A DNA stretch of 64,000 nucleotides, taken from contig NC_058368.1 of the NCBI RefSeq assembly GCF_018350175.1, forward strand, positions 20,958,001 through 21,022,000, given 5' to 3'. The notes beneath the pieces were generated by a model, which was given only the letters and a program-made list of their open reading frames with translations, made no database searches and had not been told where the DNA came from. The translations under genes were made by a program, and so were the position numbers. How positions within the stretch are numbered: the first letter of the stretch is position 1; every line of letters starts with the position of its first letter. Positions 46,658-59,584 of the stretch are shown here, in pieces. This stretch comes from Felis catus (lineage: Eukaryota).

Positions 46658-47899
46658 TTCTACTCTGTCCCAGTTTCTCCTCCCATCTTCCCTTGAAGCC
46701 ACTCCATTTAGGCTTTTGCCTTCACCACTCTTCTGAAATTGCTCTTGTCAAAGGCCCTAGTAATCCCCATTTTGCTCTACCTACAGATCAGCTCTTAGCT
46801 CCTATCTTGCCTGACCTGCCAGCGACATTCAACCCAGTCAATCATTCTTTCCTGCCTGATGAACTTCCTTCACTTGGCTTCTAAGACACCAACTGTCCTG
46901 GCTTTCCTCTTGTTTCTCTGGTTGCTGCCCTCAGTCTCCTTTGTTAGTTTATCCTCATCTCTCTGCCCTCTAAATAACATCCCGGTGGCAGGTCCCAAGG
47001 CTCAGTCCTTCATCTTGTTCACTCTTCTAGGTACCCTGACCTCTTGGTAATCTCACATATCTGTTTGTTAACAAGTCTCTAGCCTGTATCTCTTCTGAGC
47101 TGCAACCCCATAATCTCCATTTGGACCTGTACATTTCTATTTGATATGTCTCACGGCATATCAAATTTAACACATCCAAAACCTGATCTCTTGATCTCTA
47201 TCTCCGGAAACTTCTTTTTCTGCTGTTCATCCCATCTTAGTATATGGCAACTCCTTGCTCCAGGGACTCCTGGCAAAAGTTTTGGGGCCTCTTTGCTTCT
47301 CTTTTGCTCATGGCCTACCTCCAGTCCTTCAACAAATCCTGTCAACTACACCTTTGAAACATACCCTGAATCTATGTCCTTCCACCTTTTTTGTTTTGCC
47401 CCTCATAGTACATAACGCGGTAGTCAATAATAAGTAAGTGACTGCTTCTTAAACCTATGAGAAACAGAAAGAGTCTGGTGTTCTTAGTGGCTTATTCCCA
47501 ACCAGTGTTACAGACCCTACAGCAATACGACACAGCTGAGGATAGGAGCAAGACAGGCTCAGAGACATCTCTGGGTGAGAAAGAGAGACAAAATAGAATG
47601 GTCGAATTGTGATCACTTACAGCGTAACCAGGTGGAGTGCCATGGCTCAGTCACTGCACTTTGTCCACTCCTTATCCACCCAAAGCCACCAGCCTAGGCG
47701 TGCTCATCATTACCCCCCGAGCCTTCTAGGAATCACCATCACTCTCTCCTGCTTGGGTTGCTCTGATTGTAAAGGCCCCTATGCGAGTCCCGTGTGCCAT
47801 CTTTCTTTCTCCCTCAACTTGGTACAAGAGAAGGAAGACCTTGGTAGGCTCCTATTTTATCAATCAGCTTTTTACCCTAAGAATTTTTCTATGTCATTG

Positions 47900-48570
47900 A
47901 ATCTAAAATACTTAAATCAGGGGGTAGAAATCACAAAGTAGGAAATTTGCAGATTTTACATATTAAAATGAAAATGTTCCGTATACATAAAAAAACTAAT
48001 CAATACTAAAAATTACCCAACAAACCATGAAAAAATGTCACAGACGCTAAGTTAAATGATTAATTTTTACATGATGCAGTAGGACAGGAAACAAATAAAT
48101 GTGTAAAAACTACAAATAGTCCTTGAGAGCCAATACAGGTGGTTAGCAAACATGTTGAAAAATGTATTTGGGTACCCCTAAGAAAACAATTTGAAAAATG
48201 AAAAATGAAACCTGTATTCAAAAGGCTTAATATCAAATATTATTTTTCCAATAATGATAGAATAATTAAACTGTGATATATACATTTGGTATTACAGTCA
48301 TTAAAAAAGATGTTTTGCAAGAATCTATAACGATATGAAAAAATTCTAACTTACATTAAGAGTGGGATATTAAATTATATATCTGATGGGATCACAAACT
48401 GTAAAATAAGTGATAACTATGCATTGAAAAGATTAGAAAAAAGTTGCCAAAATATAAGCATCTTTGTCTAGTGACCCTTTGGACATGACTGATATTTCTT
48501 CTACAATGAACATATGTTATCTTTATAGTGAAAAGAACTGCCTTATTTTTGTAAATAAAATGGCAAAAAT
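47900..48570 (+). mobile_element. Old L1ME-like fragments
   Basis: A-rich degenerate 'ttacatattaaaatgaaaatgttcc', 'aataattaaactgtgatatatacat', 'ttctacaatgaacatatgtta'. Confidence 0.5.
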
Positions 48571-49379
48571 AAACTCATTCCATTGATCAAATTCTCACTT
48601 AAGCCCCCCCTTATTCATTAATAGGTTTGCATGGATTTAGTAAACACAAATCCTTTGTATTTATTTAATAACATCATTTTACTGTCTTTGTAGAATCTAA
48701 ATTATTTGCAAACATGTTTCTAAAAAATGTGACATAGAATTCTGGTGAACAATAAGCAATCATAGTTTCTTGCTGACTTAAAAAAATAAGAAAGAATTTA
48801 AAAGGATATGCCCCCCATTCCTCTCTGTTCCCCAAGAGGCAAAACGAAACAAAGTTTTGGATCCCTGAGGTCTTTCTTCTCTTCAAGGGGATAGTTGAAA
48901 CACAGAATCTCCTTCTTGAAATTCCAGAAGGAATTTCAGCAATCAAATTTTTGAGAAGATATGGGTCAGAGGCTTAACAAACAGAAATGTTGATATGCCC
49001 CTTGATCCAACAAAGCCAATATAAAACAAAATAAAACTAATACTATTTTTTAAATCATTAAATGCCCAGTCCATATTAAAAATGTCCAAGTTATCTTATA
49101 AAAATCTTTTTACTTCTTGTTTCTTCCAATCAGATGTAAATAATATCTACTTACTGGATCCAATTATGTTCTCTTAAATCTAAAATCAAAATATTCAAAG
49201 CAATATAAATTCCCAATTACAGAAGAATGTCTAAATATATCATGTCATAGTTATGAAAAGAAATAATACACAATCAGTAAAAAATAATTGTTTCAAAGAC
49301 TCTTTACTGGTATGGGGAAATGTTCCTGAGATCAAATTAAGTGATGGAAAAAAGTCACCCTCTTTTCTCTATAAGTTCT

Positions 49380-51115
49380 TAGATGTGGGATTTCCGTGTC
49401 AGAGTAATATATTTAATCCCAGCAACAGTGTATGAAAGAGCTCATTCCCCCTCATTCTCACCAGCTCTGGAGATTATAGGTTTCTGAACAAATTGATGAG
49501 CAGAAAATTTTATCAGCCCACTGAAACTGGGATGTTAAGTTGGGGTAAAGGTAAAAATTCTACATATATTTATTGGTCATTTTCATTTCTTCGTTGATGA
49601 AATACTTATTTCTAGACTTTATTACTCTGCCTCTTTTTTCTATATAAAAATATGTCTATGAATATAGAAGCTTTATGTGTGTGTTAAGAATATTAATTTC
49701 TTGTGTGTTACAAATATTTTCTTCACTCTGTTGTTTGCATTATAATGATAAAAATTTTAAAGTTAATGTAATATCATTTGGAAAACAGAAGTTTTAAATC
49801 TTTATGTAATCATATGCAGCTTTCTTTTGCCCCATGTCTTTCCTATTCTGAGCTTACTCTTAAAAAGTGTTTTTAAGTGTCTTCTATCTTTCTCTGTATG
49901 ACTTATTTCACTCAGCATAACACTCTCCAGTTCCATCCATGTTGCTACAAAAGGCCATATTTCATTCTTTCTCATTGCCACGTAGTATTCCATTGTGTAT
50001 ATAAACCACAATTTCTTTATCCATTCATCAGTTGGTGGACATTTAGGCTCTTTCCATAATTTGGCTATTGTTGAAAGTGCTGCTATAAACATTGGGGTAC
50101 AAGTGCCCCTATGCATCAGCACTCCTGCATCCCTTGGATAAATTCCTAGCAGTGTTATTGCTGGGTCATAGGGTAGATCTATTTTTAATGTTTTGAGGAA
50201 CCTCCACGCTGTTTTCCAGAGTGGCTGCACCAGTTTGCATTCCCACCAACAGTGCAAGAGGGCTCCTGTTTCTCCACATCCTCTCCAGCATCTATAGTCT
50301 CCTGATTTGTTCATTTTGGTTACTCTGACTGGTGTGAGGTGGTATCTCAGTGTGGTTTTGATTTGAATTTCCCTGATGAGGAGTGACATTGATACCATAT
50401 GTTTTCACTCTTATGTGGATCCTGAGAAACTTAACAGAAGACCATTGTGGGGGCGGGGAAGGAAAAAAAAAGTTAGAGAGGGAGAGAGCCAAACCATAAG
50501 AGACTCTTAAAAACTGAGAACAAACTGAGGGTTAGATGGGGGGTGGGAGGGCGGGGAGGGTGGGTGATGGGCATTGAGGAGGGCACCTTTTGGGATGAGC
50601 ACTGGGTGTTGTATGGAAACCAATTTGACAATAAATTTCATATTAAAAAATAAAAATAAAAATAACTTTCATCTAATATTATACCTAGGCCTTTAGTTTA
50701 TCTACAATGTGGTTTTATATGTGTTAGGAGAGGAAATCTAATAATATTTTCTTCTAAAATATCAATATATTAATATACATTTCTCAATAGTACATTATTA
50801 TCCCACTGATTTGAAATACCATCAATATCAAATCTTAGACTTAAATATATATTTAGTCTGTTCTCAGGCTCTTCTCTGTTCCACTGATTTACTGGTCTTT
50901 TCCTCTGCAAGTTCTGTATGATTCTTATTATAGCAGCTATAGAGTATGCTGAAATGTTTGGACAAATGTCTTTTCACTATTCTTTTCCAAAAATCTATTG
51001 CCAAGTCTTATACACTTTCTCTTTCATAAATCTATAGAGTTCCTTCAAAATCTTCCTTTATGTTCAGTTAAAAAGTATTACATTTACATATACATTTGAG
51101 AAGGACTGACAAAAT
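49380..51115 (-). mobile_element. Old L1ME-like ORF2 fragment, host of the inverted L1_Fc
   Basis: 'tcccagcaacagtgtatgaaagag', 'tttattggtcatttt', 'ttctctgttccactgattt', 'tacatttgagaaggactgaca'. Confidence 0.65.
49883..50665. mobile_element. Young L1_Fc with 5' inversion (49883-50390 minus, 50391-50665 plus)
   Basis: Minus ORF 49802-50398 is the L1 ORF2 C-terminus ([26 protein letters not shown]). The plus segment continues the same element from 'gataccatat' through the G-rich 3'UTR to the A tail. Confidence 0.95.
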
Positions 51116-51231
51116 CACATGAAAAGGAGGTTCTCTGCAGCAAAGTTAATAATAGCAACAAATTTAGGTAAACCATACTTATCATAATCAATAGAGGAAT
51201 GGTTAAATAAGTTATGGTTTATCTACATATA

Positions 51232-52920
51232 GTAACTATTCTACAAGGAAGACCCTTCAATGAACCACATCCCCTAGGATTCATGTTGCTGTCCAGGCCC
51301 TCCCCACATTGAATCTAGGCTGGCATGTGTGTCCAACAAAATGTGGCAAAAGTTGGTCTTAAGAAGTTTTAAGATTTCACCTTGGTCCTTGGGAACACAT
51401 ACTCTGGGGAAAGCGAGCTGCCATGTAAGAAGTTCAGTCACCATTGAGACCTTCCTGCTATAAGGTATCCTAAGCCCTACATGAAGAGGCCAAATGGAAG
51501 CAATAAAATGCCCAGCCAGTATCAGCTGTTCCAATTATCGTAGTTGAGGCATCAAAACCATGTTAATGAAGAAATCATCTTAGATATTCAATTCAGTCAA
51601 GCCTTGGATTCCAATCCCAGCTACTTTCTGACTATAATCTCATGAGTAACTTCAAATGACAACCTCATAGCCAAATTTAGTCAACCCATAAAACTGTGAG
51701 GCACAAAATAATTGTTTTAAGTCACTAAGTTTTGGAGTGAATGCATTTTCAGCCACAGATAGCCACAACAGAGATTGGTACCTGGGACTGGAGTGTTACC
51801 ATAACAAAATCTAAAACAGGTGACTTTGGCTTTGAATCAGGCAGTGGGCAGAGGCCAGAAGGTCTTGAGAAACTGTAAATGAAGGCTAAAAAGACATTGA
51901 GGATAGTGTTATTGGAGACTGAAAGAAAGGACTGGTGTTATGTAGGGGTGACAAGTTTGCAATTTGTCATGCATGATAATGTGAAAAACAAAAAATATTC
52001 CTAATGAATTGGTGACTTTGTCTAGAGAATTCCAGACATAGCATTAAAATTGTTAAATAGTTTCTTTTAGTAACATATAAGGTACAGATTTAAAAAAAAT
52101 TAGGAACAGAACTGCTCAGTTTTTTAACAGAATTTAAAGAAACTTCAAGATACCTAAGATCATCTTTCCTTACAGAAAAAGGGTCTCAAAGAAAGAAATG
52201 GCCTCAGGATAAAAATAAAAGATGTAGCTGTTAGACATTTTGTGAAATGCAACACATATACATGTTTTATGTTTGCATATATCAAACATAGATAAAACAT
52301 GTCTGTGTGTTACATTTGTATACATTCACGATAGTTTCAAAATTTAAATTTTATTTAATTTTTAATACATTTATGAATGTTGCTTTCATCGAATTATATG
52401 AATCCCAATAAGATTCATAGGCAATACACAAAATTGTTAAGAGAATAGTACTCAGAGAAAACAGCTTTGATCCAAAGGAACAAAAACAGTTCAAAATGAA
52501 AAGAGATCCCAAAGCCCCGACATTCTACAGACTGAGATGGCCACTCAGTTGCAAATAAGGACTATTTCCAACAGATAAGGAAAAATGACTCAGAAAGCAG
52601 AGAAAAGAGTCATGGAGACTTAAATATATATTTAGTCTGTTCTTAGACTCTTCTCTGTTCTACTGATTTACCAGTCTTTTCCTCTGCAAGTTCCATATGA
52701 TTCTTATTATAGTAGCTATAGAGTATGCTGAAATATCTGGACAAACGTCCAGGTAATAAGATTTGCCCCTAATATAGCAATTGGCATTATGTGCCTGACT
52801 GAGATGGAGAATTGCTATGGAACAGTAACTATATGCCTCCAGTTCTCATCTTTTTCATGTCATCCTATGTCTGTTTTATTATTGTAGCTTAAGTATGGGG
52901 TACGCATAGCTTGTCTCACA
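51232..52920 (+). mobile_element. MLT1 (F/G/H-like) LTR (to about 51770) plus internal sequence
   Basis: LTR 'ccctccccacattgaatctaggctgg...gctgccatgtaagaagt...ttttaagtcactaagttttggag...cacaaca', then MaLR internal start 'gagattggtacctggga...tggctttgaatcaggcagtgggcagagg'. Confidence 0.8.
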
Positions 52921-53335
52921 CAATGGAATACTATGACAAATTGAAAAGAATGTGATAGATCTGGAATAAAGCTTGTAATATGACATGAAATGAGAAAGAC
53001 TTTAATCTACTTGTTATTTAAATATTTAATATAGCATGATTTCATTTTGATTAAAGTAAATATGTATTCATACATGTATCTTCTATGTGTACAACAGAGA
53101 AATAGATCCATAGACAGGTATAGGGCAGGTACATGTATAAATATATCTCTATAAGCATAAGAAAAATTACTCAAGAGTACATACTACAAACTGCTAATAA
53201 TGGTTATTTCTAAGGATTGAAATGGATGGAAGTGAGACTTTGTTTCTTTATATAAATTCAAAACATGTGCTGGGATTGTAGGTAATTTTTGCTTTTGGAT
53301 ATTTTAGAGATAATTTTAACTACAATAAAAGTTTA
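52920..53335 (+). mobile_element. Old L1ME-like 3' end (probable continuation of 51120-51230)
   Basis: 'cacaatggaatactatg', 'caaactgctaataatggttatttct'. Confidence 0.5.
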
Positions 53336-53339
53336 AAAC

Positions 53340-53552
53340 TATATATGTATATATATGTATATATACATATATATGCATATACACACATACAAATGTGTGT
53401 GTTTAAATTTTAAAACCTACTATATTCACATATAAACATGTATATACATAATACTTATATACATTATACTTATATATACTTATATGTGTATATATACATA
53501 CACACGTATGTATACTTATAAGTGTATATATACATACATACATATGTATGTT
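53340..53552. repeat. (TA/TG/CA)n low-complexity tract
   Basis: Directly visible. Confidence 0.9.
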
Positions 53553-55485
53553 ATACTGAAAAGAGTACTGTTATGTGGAAGGCAGTATATTCCTTGTTAC
53601 TTTAGTTACAATACCAACCATACTTTAAAAGAAAAAAGTCATTTAAAAAATGACGTTTTTATGATCAAAAGAAAACTATGTATTCAATTAAAAAGACTGG
53701 AAGATACACAGGCAATATGCTATAAAGCTATAAACCCCCAAAATCCCAGAGTTCTGAAAAATCAAGCTCTGGCAGTAATAAAGCTCAGTAAAAATAAAAT
53801 CCAGGCAGCCCCCTCAAAACCTATAGAACTCTGTAATGAAAATAATCAAAACAATAGCACAGGTGAGTCTTCTCAGGCAATTGACCCAGCATCACAAACA
53901 GATGTGATGCTATTTTCAGCTTTCAATACTGGGACTCATGATTCCTACTTCAATGGTTAAGTCCTTTAGGGTATTTGCTCAAAATAGATACCAGTCTCAT
54001 CAAAACTTAAAAATAAACTGCAGAAATTCATTAAAGAATGTATTTGCATTGTGAATAATTTTTATTCTACTTCAGTTTTTTTTTCTTGAAGTATATTGAT
54101 AAGGCTTTTTTATTATTTTAAGAAAGCTCACCCTGAATATCTTTAAAATGTTAAAATTCTGGGGGAAAAAAATCTCATATGAAGCTACACAATTTCCACC
54201 TTACATGGACACATTTCCCTATTTATCAGTCGCACATCAGTTAATTGGCATTAAAGTAACTCGTGTTATTGTAGAACACACTGTGCAACAAAATGTTAAC
54301 ATTAGTTATTCCTGGAATGTGAAACTATAATTATAATTTCTTTTGATAAGTTACATTTATCTTTTAATTTTTAATAATATGTATTATTTTCATAATTAGG
54401 ACAAAAAGGTTGTGTTGGGTTTTTTTTAAAAAAATTGGAACTGTCTCCTTCCTTTGTAGCTTCTCACACTTGTGGAATAAAGACCTTAGGTCTGTGGCCA
54501 GTTTCTCTCAAACAGTACCTTCAAATGGTTGGCCACTTTGGCCTCAGTGAACTTCTTGGTTTTCTTACAGAATTTAGAATTTGTTTGAATTTAGGAAATA
54601 GTGGGAAAATATTGATCTATATTAGCTATGAGATACGAAGTGAAGAACTAAGGGGCAGTCCCAGGTTTTCTGAGGTTATTTTTACTACAGAAAACCACTG
54701 CTGATGGTCCAAGGCAATTTCATGTTTTGTGAGGGTGCCTAGCTACTCTAGAAGCGTCAAAGTGTTTTGGCCAATTTACTCTTCTGAAGTTGCCTTCATT
54801 GATCAAAGTCTGGAAAATCAGGCCCTCTAGAAACGAAAACCTTCAATAAGCAAATGTACTCTGCTCCCTTTCCAGCTTTAACCTGGCCTTTTATGACTCC
54901 ATAAGCAAAGCATAGAATTCTTTCACTGTCACAGGTTGGAAGCAGACAAGGAAGGAATGGTCTTGGGTAGAAGGGGAAATGGTTTTTAGTAAACGTAAGA
55001 CAGTTGTCAAATTGCAAGAATTTTATAAGCTATCCAAGAAGTGGTTGTTTTTAACCTGCATCTTAGAATATTAATTTAACTCTTCTGAAGATGACTGCTC
55101 GATCTCAGCTCTAGTTTTCTGAAATAACAGATTCAACTTCTATCATAACTATGGACAAGTTTATTTTCTTGACGTGAGGTCACAGGATATCCCTTTTTGG
55201 AAGTTTATGTTGATACTTCAAGAAAAATCACCCCACACTGAGTGTGGTGCAAGGATTTTAGCCTATAAAATGCCAGGCTGTGCACTGGAAGTCCTGGAAT
55301 GATGTCCACCACAGGAGTCCAGGTAGATGAGATTATAACTGCTGAAACAGATGAATGACGCCATGGGCATAGTCCCACCATCATCAAAACCACAAAGTAT
55401 AAGCCCACCTTGCATCAATCTCATATCAGAACACCATCCAGATGATCCTTCCCTGTCTATTCCAACTTTAATATTTCATTTCCTA

Positions 55486-56116
55486 TGCAGCCGCTCTGGA
55501 AAGCAGTGTGGAGGTTCCTCAGAAAATTAAAAATAGACCTACCCTATGACCCAGCAATAGCACTGCTAGGAATTTATCCAAGGGATACAGGAGTACTGAT
55601 GCATAGGGCCACTTGTACCCCAATGTTCATAGCAGCACTCTCAACAATAGCCAAATTATGGAAAGAGCCTAAATGTCCATCAACTGATGAATGGATAAAG
55701 AAATTGTGGTTTATATACACAATGGAATATTACGTGGCAATGAGAAAAAATGAAATATGGCCTTTTGTAGCAACGTGGATGGAACTGGAGAGTGTGATGC
55801 TAAGTGAAATAAGCCATACAGAGAAAGACAGATACCATATGGTTTCACTCTTATGTGGACCCTGAGAAATTAACAGGAACCCATGGGGGAGGGGAAGGAA
55901 AAAAAAAACAGGTTAGAGTGGGAGAGAGCCAAAGCATAAGAGACTCTTAAAAACTGAGAACAAACTGAGGGTTGATGGGGGGTGGGAGGGAGGAGAGGGT
56001 GGGTGATGGGTATTGAGGAGGGCACCTTTTGGGATGAGCACTGGGTGTTGTATGGAAACCAATTTGTCAATAAATTTCATAAAAACAAACAAACAAAAAA
56101 AAAAAAACAAAAAAAA
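55486..56116 (+). mobile_element. Young 5'-truncated L1_Fc with intact ORF2 C-terminal frame
   Basis: ORF 55485-55865 ([28 protein letters not shown]...), G-rich 3'UTR and A tail. 14-bp TSD aatatttcatttcc at 55470-55483 and 56117-56130. Confidence 0.97.
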
Positions 56117-56399
56117 AATATTTCATTTCCCAGAGCCTTTAACCAGGCCCACTAGAACTGTTTTTCATCGAACTTCCACTTGCCCTTGACCTACTTTCTA
56201 CCCACATGTCTTTCTCTTGAAAGACTTATACTGCATGTGTCTGTAGGATCAGCATCTTCTTTGTTCCCCATTGTTGCTTCTAGTCTATTAGCTTCTCATA
56301 AAAAAATGTTAATTGTATGAATTAATAATTAATTTTGGGGACTCAGTTATTTGTTTATGCCATTTTCTCTACCATCTTGATGCTATCTTCTACTGATCT

Positions 56400-56947
56400 C
56401 TCTAATGTTCCCTTTATTCATTAAAGACTTTGTGACCTTGATCATGTTTTTTTTCTGCCAGGAAACAAAGTCTCTGGATAAGAGAACATAATATTTATTA
56501 CTCACAGAGCACCAGCTCCCTGAGCCCCAGTCCCCATAAGGTGACTTAATAAGAACCAAAAAGAAGTATCCTGTGCATACAGCAAAGTTGTACACAGGAG
56601 AAGATCCCTAAAATGATAACCTTACAGTGGGTGGCTGATACATCTGTCCCTCCTCCCTTCTGGAAGGAAAAAGAGAAAGAGACTTAATCTGGAATGTGAA
56701 TAAATCCTCTCTGAGAATTTGGGAGAAGGTCCTTGGGTTTTTACTATTCAGAAATGTAAGTATGTGATTCCATGAAAAATAAGTCTCTAAGTCTCTCTGG
56801 AGTAATATATTACCTCTAGCTTCTAAGGTATATTTGTCATATATTTGTCATTCAATCATCATTCAACCAACCTTGCTAGTGTTGTTTTCTTGGAAAGCCC
56901 AGATCGAACAGAAACATAAAAATATGCATGGAGAATTATCTCCCAGA
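56400..56947 (-). mobile_element. ERVL-type LTR (LTR40-like)
   Basis: The minus strand starts 'tgggagataattctccatg' and has 'ctgtgagtaataaa' near its 3' end. Confidence 0.5.
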
Positions 56948-56949
56948 GT

Positions 56950-58660
56950 TACCCTAGAACTAGTCATCACCCAAAACCTCTGTATAACCCAAATCATTAA
57001 ATCATGTTCCTACTAACTCCTTTCCATCCAGCTTGTTTCTTTGGCTCCTTAGATTACAAATATTCTTTAACCTCTTTAGAATCTCCATTCTACTGACCCT
57101 TCTGCTTTCTCTCAATCTATCAGCCTCCTTTTCCAAATCCCTCCTTTCCAACCTGATTTTCATGTTATATAATTTTTTTTAATTTTTTAATTTATTTTTG
57201 AGACAGAGACAGAGCACAAGCAGGGGAGGGGCAGAGAGAGAGGGAGACACAGAATCTGAAGCAGGCTCCAGGCTCTGAGCTGTCAGCACAGAGCCCGACC
57301 TGGGGCTCAAACCCATAAGCCATGAGATCATGACCTGAGCCAAAGTCAGACGACCAACCAACTGAGCCACCCAGGCGCCCCCATGTTACATCATTTCAAT
57401 AACATATTTGCCAGTGTCCTATAATCCCTCCTTTTTATTTACATTTATATCAGCAGCTTCTAACAAAATGCCAATGTTACCTGAACCCAACTTTTTTCTT
57501 CCTCCATGCCTGAGTCCAAATAGACAAGTATTGATGGAGAAAGTGACATATGGAGTTTATTGGCATGTGAAGTTATAAGCACCAAAACCAGTGTGTTCTC
57601 AGCACATCTTAGCAAGATTCCTATATGCATCTAAATCAGTTTTTTCCCCACTTTCTGGTAAATATTTCAAAATTTCTCCACCCTCTTTGGATCTCTAATT
57701 TGCCCTTTTATCCCCCACCTTCCCTCTCACGCTTAACAACTGGCCCCACTTCCTACTTCACAAATAAAATAAAAGCCATAAGACAGAAGCTCCCGTGGTG
57801 AACTCCTTACATGTATTCATCCCCCTTTCTCCTCTTCTGTTAGAAAGTAGAATCAGTCCTTCTCCTTTTCTAAGACAAATTTCTCCAATTATTACATTGG
57901 CCTTTCCAGGTACCTTTCACTGTCTCTTCTCTGTTTATATTCAGCATTTCCTCCAACTTGTATCTTTCTAATTGACATTTATACCTATTCAAGTTTCTCC
58001 CATCTACAAAGGAAAAAAGAAACCATCCTCATACCTCCCAACTAGTCCTCCCACATTTACTCTTGCTGTCCTCACAATCTATTCTCCATCCTGCAGCCTT
58101 TGTGATCTTTTCAGATTAGACCATGGTCACCCCCTCCCAATCCTGCCCCACGTACCATTCTTCAGCAGTTTCCCTTGCCCTTTGAATGACAACCTAAACC
58201 CTGCAAATGCCTTATCAGGTCCTGCTGGCCTGACCTCTGCCCCCTTTCCAACTTTGTTTTGCACCACCCTCCTCCCTCATTCTCTATATTGCATTTTCAC
58301 TGCTCTTCTTTCTGCTCACATTTGCTGTTTCCTTTATCCCCAGGACCCTTGCGCATGCTGCTGCAATTACCTGCAGTGCCCTTCTTTTTATATGCTTCAC
58401 CCATCCCTGACCAGCTCATCTAGTTCAGAAATTACCTCATTTGGGGAAGACTTCCCAGAACCCCCAAATCAGATAACTCTTCCTCAGAGCAATTATCTCT
58501 GAAATATGTTTATCTTTGTGATTATGTGATTAGTAGCTATGTGCCTCCAAGAAACTCTATTAGAAAAGAAGAAAAATCCAGCATTATCCCTTGAAGTTCA
58601 GCCAGTCATAGACAAAGTATTGAATACATTTCAGCTGAAGGAATAAATGAATGAACAAAG
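56950..58660 (+). mobile_element. L2 body and 3' end with nested SINE
   Basis: 'cacttcctacttcacaaataaaataaaagccat', 'caggacccttgcgcatgctg', terminal 'attgaatacattt...aataaatgaatgaa'. Confidence 0.7.
57171..57381 (-). mobile_element. Can-SINE
   Basis: Antisense body. TSD catgttatat / catgttacat. Confidence 0.95.
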
Positions 58661-59211
58661 ACTGGCACGGAATTACCCCTCATCCACCCAGCTCCCATAA
58701 TCTTAACCATAGTCTCCATTTGTGAGGACAAATCTTGGTTTTCTAAGGAAGAAGTTGTAGTGGCCATATCACTGGTGTTCAGGTCCTAAAACAAGCTATA
58801 TTGTGTACTAAAGGAAGAGGCAGGGCAAAGAGAGCTAGTCTTGCCTACTGCTCATCTAACCATCTTGCTAATCCCCCAAAGGAGGGCATTCACCACAAGG
58901 CAAAGTAGTCATCTCTGCTTCTATTATTCTTAGCATGTCCGTTGAGTGACAGGCCAATTACAGCCCTCTTGCCCCTGATTGCAGGGGTCATTTGAGCCTA
59001 AGAGAACTCACTCTTAATCCTGTCCAGAAAACACCATATCATATTCCAGTTTGGTGGTTGAATGTACCAGATGGGTACACATGGCCAAAACATTGCAGGG
59101 TTATGAACTCTGTGGGGTCTATATACTCACTGGAAAAAATTCTGAGATTTAAGCTCTTGGAAGAGATGACCACAGGAGCTGAGTTTTTAAATACACTTTT
59201 ACAGGATCTTA

Positions 59212-59584
59212 TTTTTTTAATTTTTTAATGTTTTATTCATTTTGAGAGAGAGAGAGAGAAAGAGAGAGAGAGAAAGGAAGCAGGGGAGGGGCAGAGAGAG
59301 ATTGGGAGACACAGAATCCAAAGCAGGCTCCAAGTTCTGAGCTTTAGCACAGAGCCCAACATGGGGCTCAAACTCACAAACAGCAAGATCGTGACCTGAG
59401 CCAAAGTCAGATGCTCAACATCCAGCCACCCAGGTGCTCTGAAATCTTATCTTTTTAATGTTCATTGATTTTTGAGAGAGAGCCCGGGCAGAGAGCCCAA
59501 TGCGAGGCTTGAACTCACAAACCCATGAGATCATGACCAGAGCACAAGTCAGATGCTCAACCAACTGAGCCACCCAAATGCTCC
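59212..59584 (-). mobile_element. Two antisense Can-SINEs (about 59212-59440 and 59452-59584)
   Basis: Two 'gccaccca' ends. Outer TSD tacaggatcttattttt 59200-59216 and tacaggttcttattttt 59585-59601. Confidence 0.92.

Larger units (their letters stand above)
46050..47400 (+). mobile_element. L2 body, host of MER33 and a SINE
   Basis: 'ccactcttctgaaattgctcttgtcaaagg...cttgcctgacctgccagcgacattcaac...cttccttcacttggcttc...cggcatatcaaatttaacacatccaaaacc'. Confidence 0.8.

Noticed and set aside
48917..48938. 9-bp inverted repeat tgaaattcc-agaa-ggaatttca with HSE-like TTC/GAA units
   Set aside because: HSE spacing is off by one base; a lone 9-bp hairpin is unremarkable in 64 kb.
53484..53960. 158-aa ORF with a perfect CAG|GTGAGT donor at about 53862
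   Set aside because: The ORF starts in a (TA)n tract, is A-rich, has no acceptor and has no recognisable homology.
49802..55865. ORFs 49802-50398 and 55485-55865 as host CDS
   Set aside because: They are the L1 ORF2 C-terminus in 5'-truncated elements lacking promoter, EN and RT.
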